A DNA stretch of 64,000 nucleotides, from NCBI RefSeq assembly GCF_963921235.1, contig NC_086097.1:66032001-66096000 (forward strand), given 5' to 3'. The translations under genes and the position numbers were made by a program. Below, in pieces: positions 1-13,200 of the stretch (position 1 is the first letter of the stretch; the number at the start of each line of letters is the position of its first letter). The notes below the pieces were generated by a model. The model was not told the DNA's origin, searched no databases, and saw only the letters and a program-made list of their open reading frames with translations. This DNA comes from Mobula hypostoma (Eukaryota).

Positions 1-480
1 TCTACATATAGGAACAATGTAAATAAGATTGAAAGAGTACAGAGAAAATTTACAACAATGTTGCCAGGATTGGAGGACCTGAGTTATAAGGAAAGATTGA
101 ATAGGTTAGAAGTTTATTCCCTAGAACATAGAAGATTGAGGGGAGACAATAGAGGTATACAAAATTATGAGGGATATAGAGATGGTAAATGCAAGCAGGC
201 TTACCCCACTGAAATTGGATGAGACTACAACTAGAGGTCATGGGTTAAGGGTGAAAGGTGAAATGTTTAAGAGGAACATGAGGGGAAACTTCTTCACTCA
301 GAAAGTGGTGAGAGTGTGGAATAAACTGCCATCACAAGTGGTAGATACAATTTAAATTCAAGGAATAAGAGAAGTTTGGATGGGAAGGGTTTGGAGTGCT
401 ATGGTCCGTGTGCAGTTTAAATGGTTTGGCACAGACTAGATTGGCCAAGTAGCTTGTTTCTGTACCGTAGTTTTCTATAA
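1..480 (+). mobile_element. CR1-clade LINE, decayed 3' fragment (end of ORF2 plus 3' UTR)
   Basis: Translates to LERVQRKFTTMLPGLEDLSYKERLNRLEVYSLE and TRGHGLRVKGEMFKRNMRGNFFTQKVVRVWNKLP, the typical CR1 ORF2 C-terminus. It parallels 33080-33440 in this window and ends in a CR1-type tail (ttggcc...cttgtttctgtaccgtagttttcta). Confidence 0.85.
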
Positions 481-1844
481 CACTAACCTATCAGAATTAC
501 AATAAGGGCATTGGATACCTTCATTGCCTGAAAGATGAAGGAAATCTTATATGCTCCAGATCATTTGTCCCAAGTTGCAGTTTACAGTGTTCAAGATAAC
601 TTTGGTATTCAGAAAGGACCTTCCTTGGAGAGTGACTCTTGTCTTTCAGAAGCCCTTTAACTGGCAAAGAAGCACAAAGAAGACCATCTTTTAAATTACT
701 CCTCAGACACTGCTACAGGGATTCCTCGATTATCAACCAGATGCTTTTTTTTTCTAATCTGTTCAAAACTGTTTTTACATTTTAATTCTTATTTCCCATT
801 TTCAAGTAAGTGAGAAATTGATCAGTCTATTATCTACCCACCATGCCCACTACATGAAGAACCCTTTGCAGTGTGTGACCACCAATGTGAACGAATAAAT
901 GGACATGACATAATTAGCTTTTCTGAATGACTATAAGCTCCATCATTAGATAACCATGAAAAATCTATTCTTTTTACTGTAAAACCTAATCTGAACTCAT
1001 AGTGTCTTTTCCCTAAATTTTAAGCATATTGTTCTTTCCCTAGTATCACACAAATTGATTGGCGTTTGCAACTGCACAAAACAGATCAGGCAAAAGTGGG
1101 TATTCCTATGCTCATTTAAAGCTAGAAGAGAGCCACAGCTCACTGGGTCTCTGGTGTTTCTTCAGGACAGACTGATTACATCTACAAATTCCACAAATGA
1201 AGACAAGCACCAGAGAAAGTTCACAGATATGATTAGGGTAGTTAGAAGGCAACATACTGCCCCTTCTTTCGTTTATTGCTTGGATAATGTTATGTTAGAG
1301 CATAATGTGAATGATTATCACTCTCGTCACTGCTCCTCCTTAGCAAGTGTACAGAAAGCTCCTCAGTTGCAGTGTAGCTATGGGTTCTCTATCTCAGTAA
1401 CCAATGCTAAGAATTTCCAACTCCTTGACCTGAATTGTTGGTATGCAGAATCCCTTCAAAGCTATTCCTTCAGCTTAGCACGGTAGAAATACCAATACAT
1501 TTTGTTTAAAAATAGTTATATTTTGTAAAGCAAGGGCAATTGAACTAAGTTGTGAATCTGTTGAAAACCTTCAGCCTGGGCCAATTTTATTTAAAATTCA
1601 ACAAGGTAACTTTCAGACCAAATCAGTCTATTAGTTTGAATTAACAAAAGATAATTCCACCATGGTCACTTACCTATTTAAAAAAGATTGGTCCTTTTTT
1701 TCAGAAGCTTTGGTTTTGAACCATTCTGTAGATGGTTTAACATACCAATACAGTTCTCCCAGTGATGATAGTTCAATCTGTAAAGAGTACTATAATGGAT
1801 ATAAAGAGTACTTTCTACAAACTCAGCTGCTTGATCTATCATTT

Positions 1845-2035
1845 TGGATCTCTCCCTCTCCCTCCCACTTTCAAATCTCTTACTAGCTCTTCCTTCAGTT
1901 AGTCCTGACAAAGGGTCTCGGCCCAAAATGTCAACTGTACCTCTTCCTAGAGATGCTGCCTGGCCCGCTGTGTTCACCAGCAACTTTGATGTGTGTTGCT
2001 CGATTTTCCAGCATCTGCAGAATTCCTCGTGTTTG
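1845..2035 (+). mobile_element. Penelope-like element terminal-repeat (pLTR) derived short repeat containing a degenerate hammerhead ribozyme
   Basis: agtcctgacaaagggtctcggcccaaaatgtcaactg followed by agatgctgcctggcccgctgtgttcaccagcaactttgatgtgtgttg. I recognise this as an abundant chondrichthyan repeat; the family assignment is from recall, not a search. Confidence 0.6.
1901..1937 (+). ncRNA. Minimal type I hammerhead ribozyme motif, degenerate
   Basis: AGTC-CTGACAA-A-GGG-TCTCGG-CCC-AAAAT-GTC-AACTG fits stem I, CUGANGA, stem II, GAAAC, GUC, stem I'. All four deviations (ACAA, CCCA, AATG, GTCA) are CG->CA or CG->TG changes. Confidence 0.6.
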
Positions 2036-5000
2036 CTTGAACTATTTGGTGGTTGAATTTGTTAGTAAAATGGATAGGCATGAGTGCTGCAAAGTTAAGA
2101 GAGCATTCTGTGGCTTTTGAGTAAAGCAATAGTACTTTAGCCTCAGATTGTATTAAATGACTGAGTATTGCTGCAGATAACCATGGTTATGGTAATAAGT
2201 ATCCTGACCATATGATCATGCAAAATGATCATAGTTAATTCAAATACATAATTTTAATATAAACATATATGTATGTATATGCACCAGGAAAATTTAATGA
2301 TTTGGCTTATTTTACTTTCATCACCAAATCTGATGTATTACTGACATCATCTGGGAGAATAACAACGTTTCCTGATTCTCCCTAATAAACAACTTCCTCT
2401 AACCCCACTTTTCTCTGTATTCATTGTTGCCTTCAAAACCAAGCTCAGGTAGTTCAAGGTTTTTGATTTCAAGATTGATCCTATACCTTAAACATGAGTA
2501 TCTACACTATTTATGAACTTTATGATGGTTCTGATTCTTTCTCCCTTCCTCTCTTTCTTTCCCTATTTGCCTTCATTTATTTCATTCTAGTTTTCTGTCT
2601 TTCCCCACCTTGCTCTCAGTTTGTTTGTTACAACTCTACCTTCCTTCATTCTATCTCCCTATTCTTCCCTGTTTGATTTTAGTGATTTGCGATATTTTGT
2701 GTGGGTAACTGTAGATGCTTAACTAGTGTTCGTTTCCAATTTACAGCTTCACCACTCATTTTCTTGCAACTGCAGATGATGAAGTTATACATATGGTTTC
2801 ACAGTTAGTTAGCTTATATGCCACATAAATGTCCATTCCTTGTGCGAGGCTAGATAGTATTAGTTCCACCCAGTTAATTGACCATGGAGATACCGAAGCC
2901 AATCCAAATCTTGCTTGGCATCTCCTTGCACCAACTTATGGGAGTGCCTGGACAGCAACAGACCAGCGAAGTGGAAGTGTAAAGGAACTGGAGCAGTTGG
3001 ATGTAAACTTCATGGTTCACAGAGAAAATATGCAACCTCTAGCCATCTGTGGAATTACATACTCTCCCTGTGATATGTTTATAAATGTTGAGCCATATCG
3101 AGATGTCAGAATTCCATCCTGAGGATATCCTGCATCCTGTATTTAGTCCAGCAGTATCCAAATTGTTTCCTTTTAAGTGACTTTAGAGTCATGCTCCAAA
3201 ATGAAATCCAGTTTTCCATTAATATACAGTTCAAGAGTATCCACCACTGATGGCTCTTTGTAAACTGATAGGCCTTAATATTTGTTTAGCTAGCTGTCAC
3301 TTTTGAGAGTTACTTAAAAATAACGCTACATTTTATACCAATTTCCAGAACTTCAGGTGTGCACATCAATGAAATAAGATGTCTGAGTTTACAAGTAGCA
3401 TGTCTTCGACCTTATCCCTAATGGTATTACACCTTTAAGTGTAATTAATGAAAGTAATTCAACATAAAGTGAGATTAATTTAATACAGTAACATTACCTT
3501 TAATAGCTATCTTTAGCTTGTTAGCATGTTGTCACTTATCTCTGACGTGCACTGTTAAACCCAGGGTAAAGGACATTCCCCTATAAGTAGATTAAAGTCA
3601 CACAACTACTGCTCAACTTTTATTGGACCTCAGAAATGGAGATTAGAGAGCTGGAAATAACATCTCTTTCTAATGGTCATTTGAGGGCAGTAATGGTTGG
3701 AGAGAAGTATTGTCCAATTTGGCTGTGGTTCTCCTGGTAAAACATCAGCAAGTCCTGAAGTCAGTATGGAGTGATGTACATTTTGCCTTTGTGCACCAAA
3801 GAGCACCATTTATAAACCTTAATGCTCACATCCCTCTTTGTACTAACTGATAATGTCCCTGAAGTTAGATCCATAGTTAAAACCACTGCACAGTGCATTA
3901 TCGTCATAACATCTCTATTTTTGTGTTTGAGCAAAAACTTCTGACACAGCAACAAAAGGCACAGTGTTAGAAAAACTGCAGTAGAGTATAATGCAGTATT
4001 AACATATCAACATAATGTTAGAATGAAGGGCAGGAAATTATCCAGATATTAACAAAATGGGTCAAATGGGAGAAAGGTAGAACTTACAGGCAGAAAATGC
4101 AAACCTATCATCATTCAGCGCGTCTTTTTCATTGAAAGGTTTACGGTCTAGAAGTCAGCCCATCTGAAAAGTTGGGGTTCTAGACGTTGGGAGTTAATAT
4201 GTTCAAGCTGGCTGCCAGATTTACAAATTGGCTCAATTGGCTCAAATTGGCTTATGGAGTCCCATACCTGACATCCAGAGATCAGCTTCCTAACTGCAGA
4301 TTCCTGCATGGGAGGATGACAGGGAGAACTTAAAGACTGGGGAAAATATTCTTGCTCCTCAAGGGCCATTGCAGGGTTGGGAAAATGTTTATATTCCAAC
4401 TCTCCCCTTCTCAACCAATTACATTAAACTACCTTTGCTTCTATCTAATGATCTATTAGTAAACTAATGATATTTTGGTTAATAGAAGAATAAACTGCCA
4501 GCCTCGTTAAAATATATTAATTACCAACACAGTCCAAGAGAGATTTAATTGCACAACCCTGCTCTGGTCCCTTTAAACTACAAATAGGCAATTCTGAAGA
4601 TCTTTAAATAGTTCATATCAGTATTGACCCCAACTCAACCATTTGTCACTGTTTTCATTTGAAATCTTGCTGTGGGACATACTTTTGCAAAAAGTGTATC
4701 AAGGGTATTGTGCAAGTTAACCGTCAAACTGGAGGGAATACTGAGCTTTGCTGGAAAAATTCGACAACTTATAAGTACAGAACAGTACTTATAACTACAG
4801 TACTTCAATGTGAAAACAATATCATATGAACATTAATAAACAGTTAATCTGATTTTGTTTAATGCTGATGAGCTTTGTTGAAGAAAATGAGTTGTTGGAG
4901 GCGTGTAGAAAACTCTCTGGCTTTCTTGGCATTATTACATTTTGGTATCAACTTGAAAAACAAAAAAGAGCACAGTGTGGCATGTCAGACTGGAATAAAG

Positions 5001-6809
5001 TGAACATTGAGCTATGATCTTTCTAGCTCATAAATGTTGCATAATATATATGATTTGATAAATAACATGCTATTGGTCCTGAAAAGTCAGAAAATAATTA
5101 ATTTTATTATTGTGAAGTAGAAACATTTGCTTATTTGAACAAGGTCAAACTAACTGTAAAGCCATTCTAAAGGATACAAGAATATAATTCAAGACTATGA
5201 TTTTGAAGTCATATTTTAAAATAAATTTTTAAACAAATTTAAAATGTTTTGAAAGATTCCCTCAATTTTTTCCTCAAATTTTAAAAGACAAATATTACAT
5301 GAGACTTATTTATTTATTTCAACCTGGTTCATTAGTATCATAATTATTTCAGAATACTGAAATACTTGTGCATTCCCTGTGAAAGGTGTCAGTACTCCGT
5401 GGTAGTTGCTAACATCCTTCAATTTGTGCCAATGGAATTCAGCAATGTAGTTTGGAAATATGAAGGACTATGAAACAATTACACCTCAATGTGAAATGAC
5501 CTCTAAGCCTTGAAATCCATGAGATATTACATGAGTTGTTCAAGGAAGTTCTAACACTCTTTCTAACATGGCTGTGAGAAAAATGTGATTGAAATCCTGA
5601 GTTCCTTATGCAATTTTATTTGCAAAGGAACTCTGGAGGAACATGGAATTTAACACGTTAGTGTTGAATGTCGTTTCATTGATTGAAGGTTAGGAAAATG
5701 GAGTGAACAATTTTGGCAATGAGAATCTAGGCAGTGCTTATTTCATTTAAAAGTGAACATTGCTCACCCAAAAGTTAAATGTTAAGGATTTTTTTGGTAT
5801 GATAGAGGGTCATGTTACATTTGGGAAGAAAGTATGATGATCTTTTGATTGTTGACCAAAACTGAAAAAAAAATGCATATCAAAACTGTTTGGCAAGAGT
5901 AGCTTCATTTTTAGAAATTTTCTGAAAAGCCTCAAAAACAACTTGCTTTTTTGTTGTTTTCTGTTGCATTGACTTCAATCTTTTCTATTAGTTATTTATA
6001 TTCATACAATTGGTTATATTACATCATTAATCTTGCAATGGTCAGTTTTATGGCTGCCTTTTTGAAACTACTCAACAACAAGTTGTTATGTTACCATTAC
6101 TAGAGAAACATTTTTGGAGCAACCTCTGCATGAGTTTTACTGTTAAATCAATACAGATATGAAGTAATGTACAGACTTTCATCTTCCATCTAACTGTTTT
6201 AGGCAAACTGCAAATGAACATGCAAGTCCACAGATTTCTGCAAAAATGTAGTAGTGTGTAGTGAGAAGCTGACATTGTAGTAACTACTACAGTTTGCCGA
6301 TAGTGACGTTGTGTCACAGAGATGACCAGTACTTACAAACTCGTTCTTTTTTAAGTGTATACAAATCAGTCTCACTTACAGTGGCTGATGCCTGAAAGAT
6401 TGGAGTGCTTTGCAATAAAATATCAAACTGATTTTTGAAGAAATGATTCTGATACAAAATCTGAATAGTAAACATTAAATATTTATATTAAGGTTGCCAA
6501 CAGTTTTATTAAGATCTATGTTTGGAGAATTTAGTAAGCTGTAGCATGTTATTTGAATTGGGAAGAGAGAAACTGCAATAGAAAAATTAGCTTGAGCATT
6601 TTAACAAACAGGTTAACTAGTTTATCTGTTTTGAGAACAATAACACTCTTGGAAACAAAATGAAGGTATGATTTTGTATCCTGGACCAGTGTCTGTGATG
6701 CATAGCACATCTTTGTTTCTTAATGACCACCAGACAAGCTTCTCTACTGTGCAAACACTGTTGCTTTCAGCCTATGAATTTCTAATGCTAGCTCCTCTTT
6801 TTCCTGCAG

Positions 6810-6876
6810 GTTGGAACGCCTGGTAGATGTCCTGAGAAAGAAAGTTGGGACAGGGAACGTCAGGACAGTGACCTGA
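6810..6876 (+). CDS. MIPOL1: MIPOL1 (mirror-image polydactyly 1) final coding exon
   Basis: Polypyrimidine tract and acceptor (ctctttttcctgcag|G), then LERLVDVLRKKVGTGNVRTVT*, matching the known MIPOL1 C-terminus (LERLVDVLRKKVGTGTMRTVI in human). MIPOL1 is the convergent neighbour of FOXA1. The exon is too short to appear in the ORF track. Confidence 0.9.
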
Positions 6877-6928
6877 TTGAATTAGTAGTCACATCTGGTG
6901 ACCAGGCTGTTCTATTCATCACTATACA

Positions 6929-6998
6929 AATAAAAAGGCCTGGTCTTAGCAAAGAGTTGCTGTAATTAGCACATTGACATAGCAATACAAAAAATAAA
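6929..6998 (+). terminator. Candidate MIPOL1 polyadenylation signals
   Basis: AATAAA at 6929-6934 and 6993-6998, just downstream of the stop; another at 7520-7525. Confidence 0.4.
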
Positions 6999-9900
6999 TA
7001 AAATGTGTATTTTTAAAGTGTGGAAACTTGGAAGCATTGTGTATTAATGATATTTGTAGATATGCAAAAGAAGCTTTCAGATTTGCCAATTTAACAGTAA
7101 CTTTTAGAATGTATGTCCATAAATGCATCACATTTTAATGCATGTTTAATTAAATAGTATTCAGAATTATTAAGTTATTTGTAAAAAAAAAAGCTTCCTT
7201 AAATCCAGTATAAATCCATAATGTTGATCACTTAATAGCTGAAAACGGGACAATAGCCAGGATACATATTTTTACACATCTGAACCAAAATTAGGATATT
7301 GCAGATTGAATCGATTTTTTTTTGCTCTTTGATGTTTAATTTTGTTTTAAGATAATGTGCATGAATCAGTACCTTGGTCTTTTCTTCTAATATTTAAACT
7401 TTTTAGTAGTTTAGTTATAGTGTAACAGTAGCTTATTCAGAACTGTAATGTCAATTCTTTGTCCTTGTCTCACGATTTTAATTTGTTCAGAATTTACATC
7501 TAATCCGCTGTAGCACTGAAATAAAGAACAATGTAAATTTGCTAATATTGAGTAAATTTTGACTTTTGGGGAGTATCATGAGTTTTGCATCATGAGTTAG
7601 TCTTTTGCAATCTCTAGTTCTACTCGAATCAAGGAACAATTGCAATTATGGTATCATCGATGTTGCGTGTTTTTGAAGTGATATAAAAGCTACCATAAAT
7701 ATGAAAAATAGAATGGTAACATGGATAGTGAAGATGGATAGTTAGAACTATTGTAGCAAGTCCCAAATCTATTAATAATCTGCCATAACTATTTGTGTAA
7801 GAAAATGTTATCCCTAAAATATATTAATATTTTAAATGTAATGAACAGGCTGTTTTAACGTCCAAAATCAAAGTCAAATTAATGTGTTGGCAAATTAAAA
7901 TTTATGCAGTACATTTAAGTCTGTACCATCTACGAACTGAGCTGCTCTGCATGTGCTCTGATTATGTGAAGGCACGAAGTTTTTAAATTATCAGCACCAC
8001 CAACCGTAATGCTAATAAACGATTACAAAGAAAGAAAAGGGGAGAATTATCAAACGTGGACTGTTTAAGTGCGGATCTGCAGTTTATTTAATATATTCCG
8101 TGCAGGTTCGTTGCTATGATTCTACATGGAAAAAAGAGCGGTTCAGTGAAAAAAAAATGTGAAACGATCTTATATATTGGAGGTTATTAATTCAAATAGA
8201 GCTGGGAAGGGAGCGAACCATTTTTCCAAGGAGTTGGTCATTATCGTGAGGTAATATACAGGAAAGATTTTGCATCTGTGCAGTTTATGATGCATTCGCG
8301 GTATTCAATTAGATGCAACTGTTCTTAAAGGAATCTGTTTTCAAATAGCACAGATCATTATTTCCCTAAATAACTCCATAACCCCTCTTGAATATACCAT
8401 TCACCATTAACGTATGTTTTAATATTATTTCTGTTTTTTTTTTCTTTTCCAATGCATCATTAGAAATCAAGTTAACGGGAAGGGAGAAAGTGGAAAGCCC
8501 AGCCTCTTGCCACATCCAAGAGTTAAGTTAAGTTGGGAGTTACATTACATTCTAATGTATGTTAATATTAAGGCAAAATGATGTGTTTTCAGTAGAACTA
8601 TCAATTTGGACAAAAGCTATTTCAAATGTTTGCGATTAAAATCTCCACCATCTAAGATATTTAGAATCTCAATTACTCCGCTATGTTTTCCCCGCATTTT
8701 ATGTGCACACGTTGTTTTGTTTTATCTTTTGGTAAACAGTAATACAAACAGAGTGACGATATATCTATTCATGATCCAAATCTTCTCAACGTCTTTCAAG
8801 AAAGGATGAGCGCTGGAAATAAGGCGGAGAAGTAAAACGGTCCTAGAAGAACGGTTGCAAAGTAAACGATTCTGTGAAGGAATGCAGAGAAGCAATTCTT
8901 TTAAGTAGAAATACGCCATTACATATGTTGCCGAGATGAGCAAGGTAAAATTAAGTAGCGGAGAAATGGATGCGGGAACAATGTCAACACCAAATCTTTG
9001 TACACCATAAGGGAAAAACATGGATATTGACACTGTGGGGATCACATGTAATTACATAATATGGAATAAGGAGGTATTAAACGTGAACCGTACCATCCGC
9101 GAGTGAAAGTTCATAAGCAGACTTCAGTCACGTTGTTCATTACATAGAGGGATTCTAACTTGCATTAAATGGAACTTAAAAACTCAGCTCGAAATGTTAT
9201 TAATACGATGGCACGTCGTCGTTTTTAACAAGAATGTTAGAAGAAATTTCTAAACAGGATCAGAAATATCACAAATTGATAGGTCGTATCTGACATTCTC
9301 CATCTGCGATTTTAATAATAATTCAGTGCCTTTAGTTGCAAATTGCGGAAAAGTAGTTGCCCATCCAAGTGTACGTGTGCCAAATCATCTCTTCTTCGAT
9401 TATTAGCACCCCTGACTCTCCTAAGGGGCTGGAATGCACCTTCTGATACGTGTCTAGACGGCTACGCAATCTATTATTCAGCCGGCCAAATAAATAATAG
9501 CCAAATCCAAACCTGCCTAAAGATCTTGGAGTTCGTTTAAACTTAGTTTTATTCAATTGGCTCATTTTCTGATTTCTGTTGTAAAGTTCGGCACCTAGAA
9601 CTGCGATAGGCCCTAATTATTGAACTTTTTTGGTATAATTAGCTCGTGACTGCATCTGTGACTGTATTTTATCACATATATCAGCTTAGTAGACAACATA
9701 CATATTGTTCGCCTTGAGGTTCCTGTTGAATGGAATCCTAAGATTGATTCCTTTTCTCCAATATAATTTAAATTCTACTCGACGCAAAATTACATAGAAA
9801 TTCTGGTTTTACAAAACTGTTTATAAAGAAATCAAAATTACAGATATTGACAATCAATCCGTAAAACGTGAACAAGTTTTTCTCATTCAAAGTTTGTCTT

Positions 9901-10089
9901 TCAGTGTTCTACATTGCTGCTACAGTAATCTGAAATTGTGCATTTGCCTTTATCTAAACCCGAAGAGCAGTGTTTCAGGGTCTGCGTCCTGCCAACTGTA
10001 ACTTATAGTTAGTGAGACAATTGATGATGTGTGAATACTGTCACTGGTTTTATTGGATTTCCCCTTTCGCATGTGACGGTGCAAGTTTT

Positions 10090-10260
10090 TGTTCTGACAG
10101 GAGCTGGCTGCTGAGAGCACCTCCCCTCAAATAAAGAACACTATTAGATCTTGTAGAATTCACCTCCAACCGTAACCCTGGAGATGGCACAACCTGGGTG
10201 TCCTTTCTCTAATTCCAAAAGAGTCGGCACTGCATGTTTTCGAGTTTAAGTCGTTTTCTG
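10090..10260 (+). mobile_element. Possible ancient SINE remnant (Deu-domain-like)
   Basis: Loose resemblance (agatcttgtagaattcacctcc...ggcactgcatgttttcgagtttaagtc) to chondrichthyan DeuSINE bodies; heavily diverged and judged by eye only. Confidence 0.2.
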
Positions 10261-13200
10261 TTGTCGGTAATCCCATGCTGCCAAATAAATACATTGTCTC
10301 AACTGTTCAGACCAACATCAAAAGAAAAGTGCCTATCTGAAAGGAGGAAGAGAATATTTCTCTTCAAATTTTTTCGTTGAAGACTGACAAACGTCCTTTA
10401 TCAATTATGACACCAGCGGCAAATTATTTCAAATAGATACTATCTATATGAGAAGATCTAATGAAGTGATAACGCTTCAGTTGTTGCAAATACAATAGAT
10501 TATGTTGCACGCTTGCTCATCCAACAAAAGGCGATGAAGCCTGATTAACCATTTTGAGACCAAAAAGATGTCGACAAGGCTACAAAACAACTTTTTATAC
10601 GGTTTAATTAAAAACGTGTTACGAGAACAGAAAGGATGAATGCGATCTGAGGAAGCGTGGCTGAACTGGTTGCTATAACGACAGTAAATCTTTTACGCCT
10701 GTAGTGTTTCATACACTCCCATTGCAACCAGTAATCAGCACCTGCTACCGCACCAACCAAAGTCCAAAAAAAGTCCGGAACACATTAGCAATATCACACC
10801 CATTTATTGTCGTTGCATGTAGGGTCAATATCTGGGAGTCGCGTGCAATGCGTCGACCAGTTTCCTGCATTATCCGAAGTGCAAAATAATTATCCTTTCC
10901 GATGCTGCCCTTGCTGTATCTGTAGATTCCACTGAAGGGACAATCCCTGCCAAAATAATTTCTCTGTGAGTGTTGGGAAGGTGGTCATCCCGCCATTTGA
11001 ACAGGTTTCTTTTGCGCGGCATTTAGTTCCATTTATATTAAAATTTAAAAATAGGAAAATTCTAAAAAATAAGATTTTATGTGTCGTTCTCCTACTAATT
11101 ACTATAACATAACATTAAGTGTGTTGATCCAATCATATTGCTTGGCTCTAGCGATTTTTTTTGTAAAATCATCACACCTTGAATTTGGTACTTAATGTGG
11201 GTTTGCCTACCGGGTTCCCGAGACACACGCAACTAATTAGATGATATCTCAATCGGTTCATCCTTTGTAGTGCTTTGTAGTCTTGGTCTGTTGCTCTGGA
11301 AAGCTAAATACAGTTAAATCGGTTGTTCTTGTATTTCTGTGAAGCTTTAATAAAACTGCCCGTAAACTTCTGATAAAAAGAGCAGCTGTTCCACAAGGAG
11401 ATTTCGATAGAGATCTTCTCTCCACTCCTCTCACTGCTTTTTCCCCCTCCTGCTCTGAAGGGTTTTGCTTTGCTCTTTTCGTTGGCCAAGCACAATTGTG
11501 TTATTGGAGATAATTAATTCAATCCCGATCAAAAGGCATTAACACGCCTTTGGTTGTAGTGGGTTTAAAACGAGAAGAAAGGGAACACAAAACTCGCCGA
11601 GCAGCCATACTGATAACTGCTTTGAAGTGAAAGGGTTGAAGGACTGTAGTCGAAATTTTTGCCCATACGGCACAAAAAAAAAGTCGGAGCTTTTGATGGA
11701 CATATGAAGACTACCTCATAACGGGAGCAACAAGTAGCTCCCTCGTCGTCATCCTCCTTTGAGTCGGTGCTTTGCCTGCTGATAACATATGTCAGCTCTT
11801 AATACAGAACCCCCAATCTAATTACTTCTGCTCACCGACTACACTGGCGTGGAGCTAAATGCTAATTCTCAAGAGAAAAAAAATCGTGTCCGGGGAGCAT
11901 TCCCAACTCGGAATGGAAAGTGGAGTTAGGGCACTGTTAAAAAGAGTCCAATAAGGCCCTTTTATATCTGCTATTGCACTTAATGAAACACTAACGAAGG
12001 TCTCCAGAGTCAAGAAGGCTGATGTATTACTTTTTCTTTAGATCGAAAAAGAAATTGGTCGTAATAAGCAAACGTGGACAAGAACGAGGGTCGTTATAAT
12101 AGATAACTTTGTGACGGGATGTTAGAAAATGTAGTTTGGCAAGATTCGATATTAAAACGTTATTGACAAAAGAAACGTTTTTGAGTGATGTTTCTTGATA
12201 AACGCGCCGTGAATTGTAAATTGGTTTAATATTACTTAATTATCATTTACAAAGCAATTTATACAATTACATCTTGTTTCGCTCTAATCTGAGTGCGGCG
12301 CGAGAAACATTTAAACCAGTATTACCAAAATATAAACACACGTGGAACAAAAAAACCAGTATTGGGTATAACTAACGGCAGTCTTTAATGGTGTGACAAA
12401 AATTCGTGCTCTTCTACGCCCAGAAAGACGATAGGCGCATATATTCAACTGTAACATTTCAATGGATGTTTAGACAACTTGAAAAACAATATTACTCAAA
12501 AGAGAATTGCTCCATTCTAGAATTATTGTCTTCGCAATTTTTAAATTAACGTTTCACGACATTTTTAATCTTGGAAACAAAACAAACGATATTCACAAAA
12601 TTATCTCCTTTTATGTTTGCCATTCTGAAATCAATCCTGCATCATTACCAGTTTTTAAAAATACAATTGAAGTACATTTTAAAATGATTTCAACTCAACA
12701 TCCACCAAATTTAAATACAAATAACAAAACGAGAGCTGGAATCATAATAATATGCATAAAGTTTCGGGTCGTCTGTGAGGCTGGCATTTAAAATAATCTG
12801 CAACTATAAATAGGGCATTAAGAAATCAAAGTTGAGGGCTGAATTCGTCGCTTGCCAGTCGGAACCAATGCAGTTTCAAAATACACAGTCAGAAGTAATG
12901 CAAGAGATAAGCAAGCAGCGCGGATATCAGATTATTTTGAGACTCAACGCTTGTGTACAGATTTCACTGTTTTCGTATAATCGTAAATTATTTCCAGGGT
13001 TGAAAGTCAGACTGTTGACAATTTGAGAGCGAAAAACACACAGCACTGGTAGGTTATATATACAAAGAAGGGCATCGTGGCTGGCAGGGAAAAAATGTTT
13101 ACGGCTGTGCATCCTCTCCAGAAACAGTTTCTCAGATGTACGTAAGTTAACAAGGAAATGTGAAAAATACAGAGGTTTAGAGTTTTTTCTGGATCCTCCT

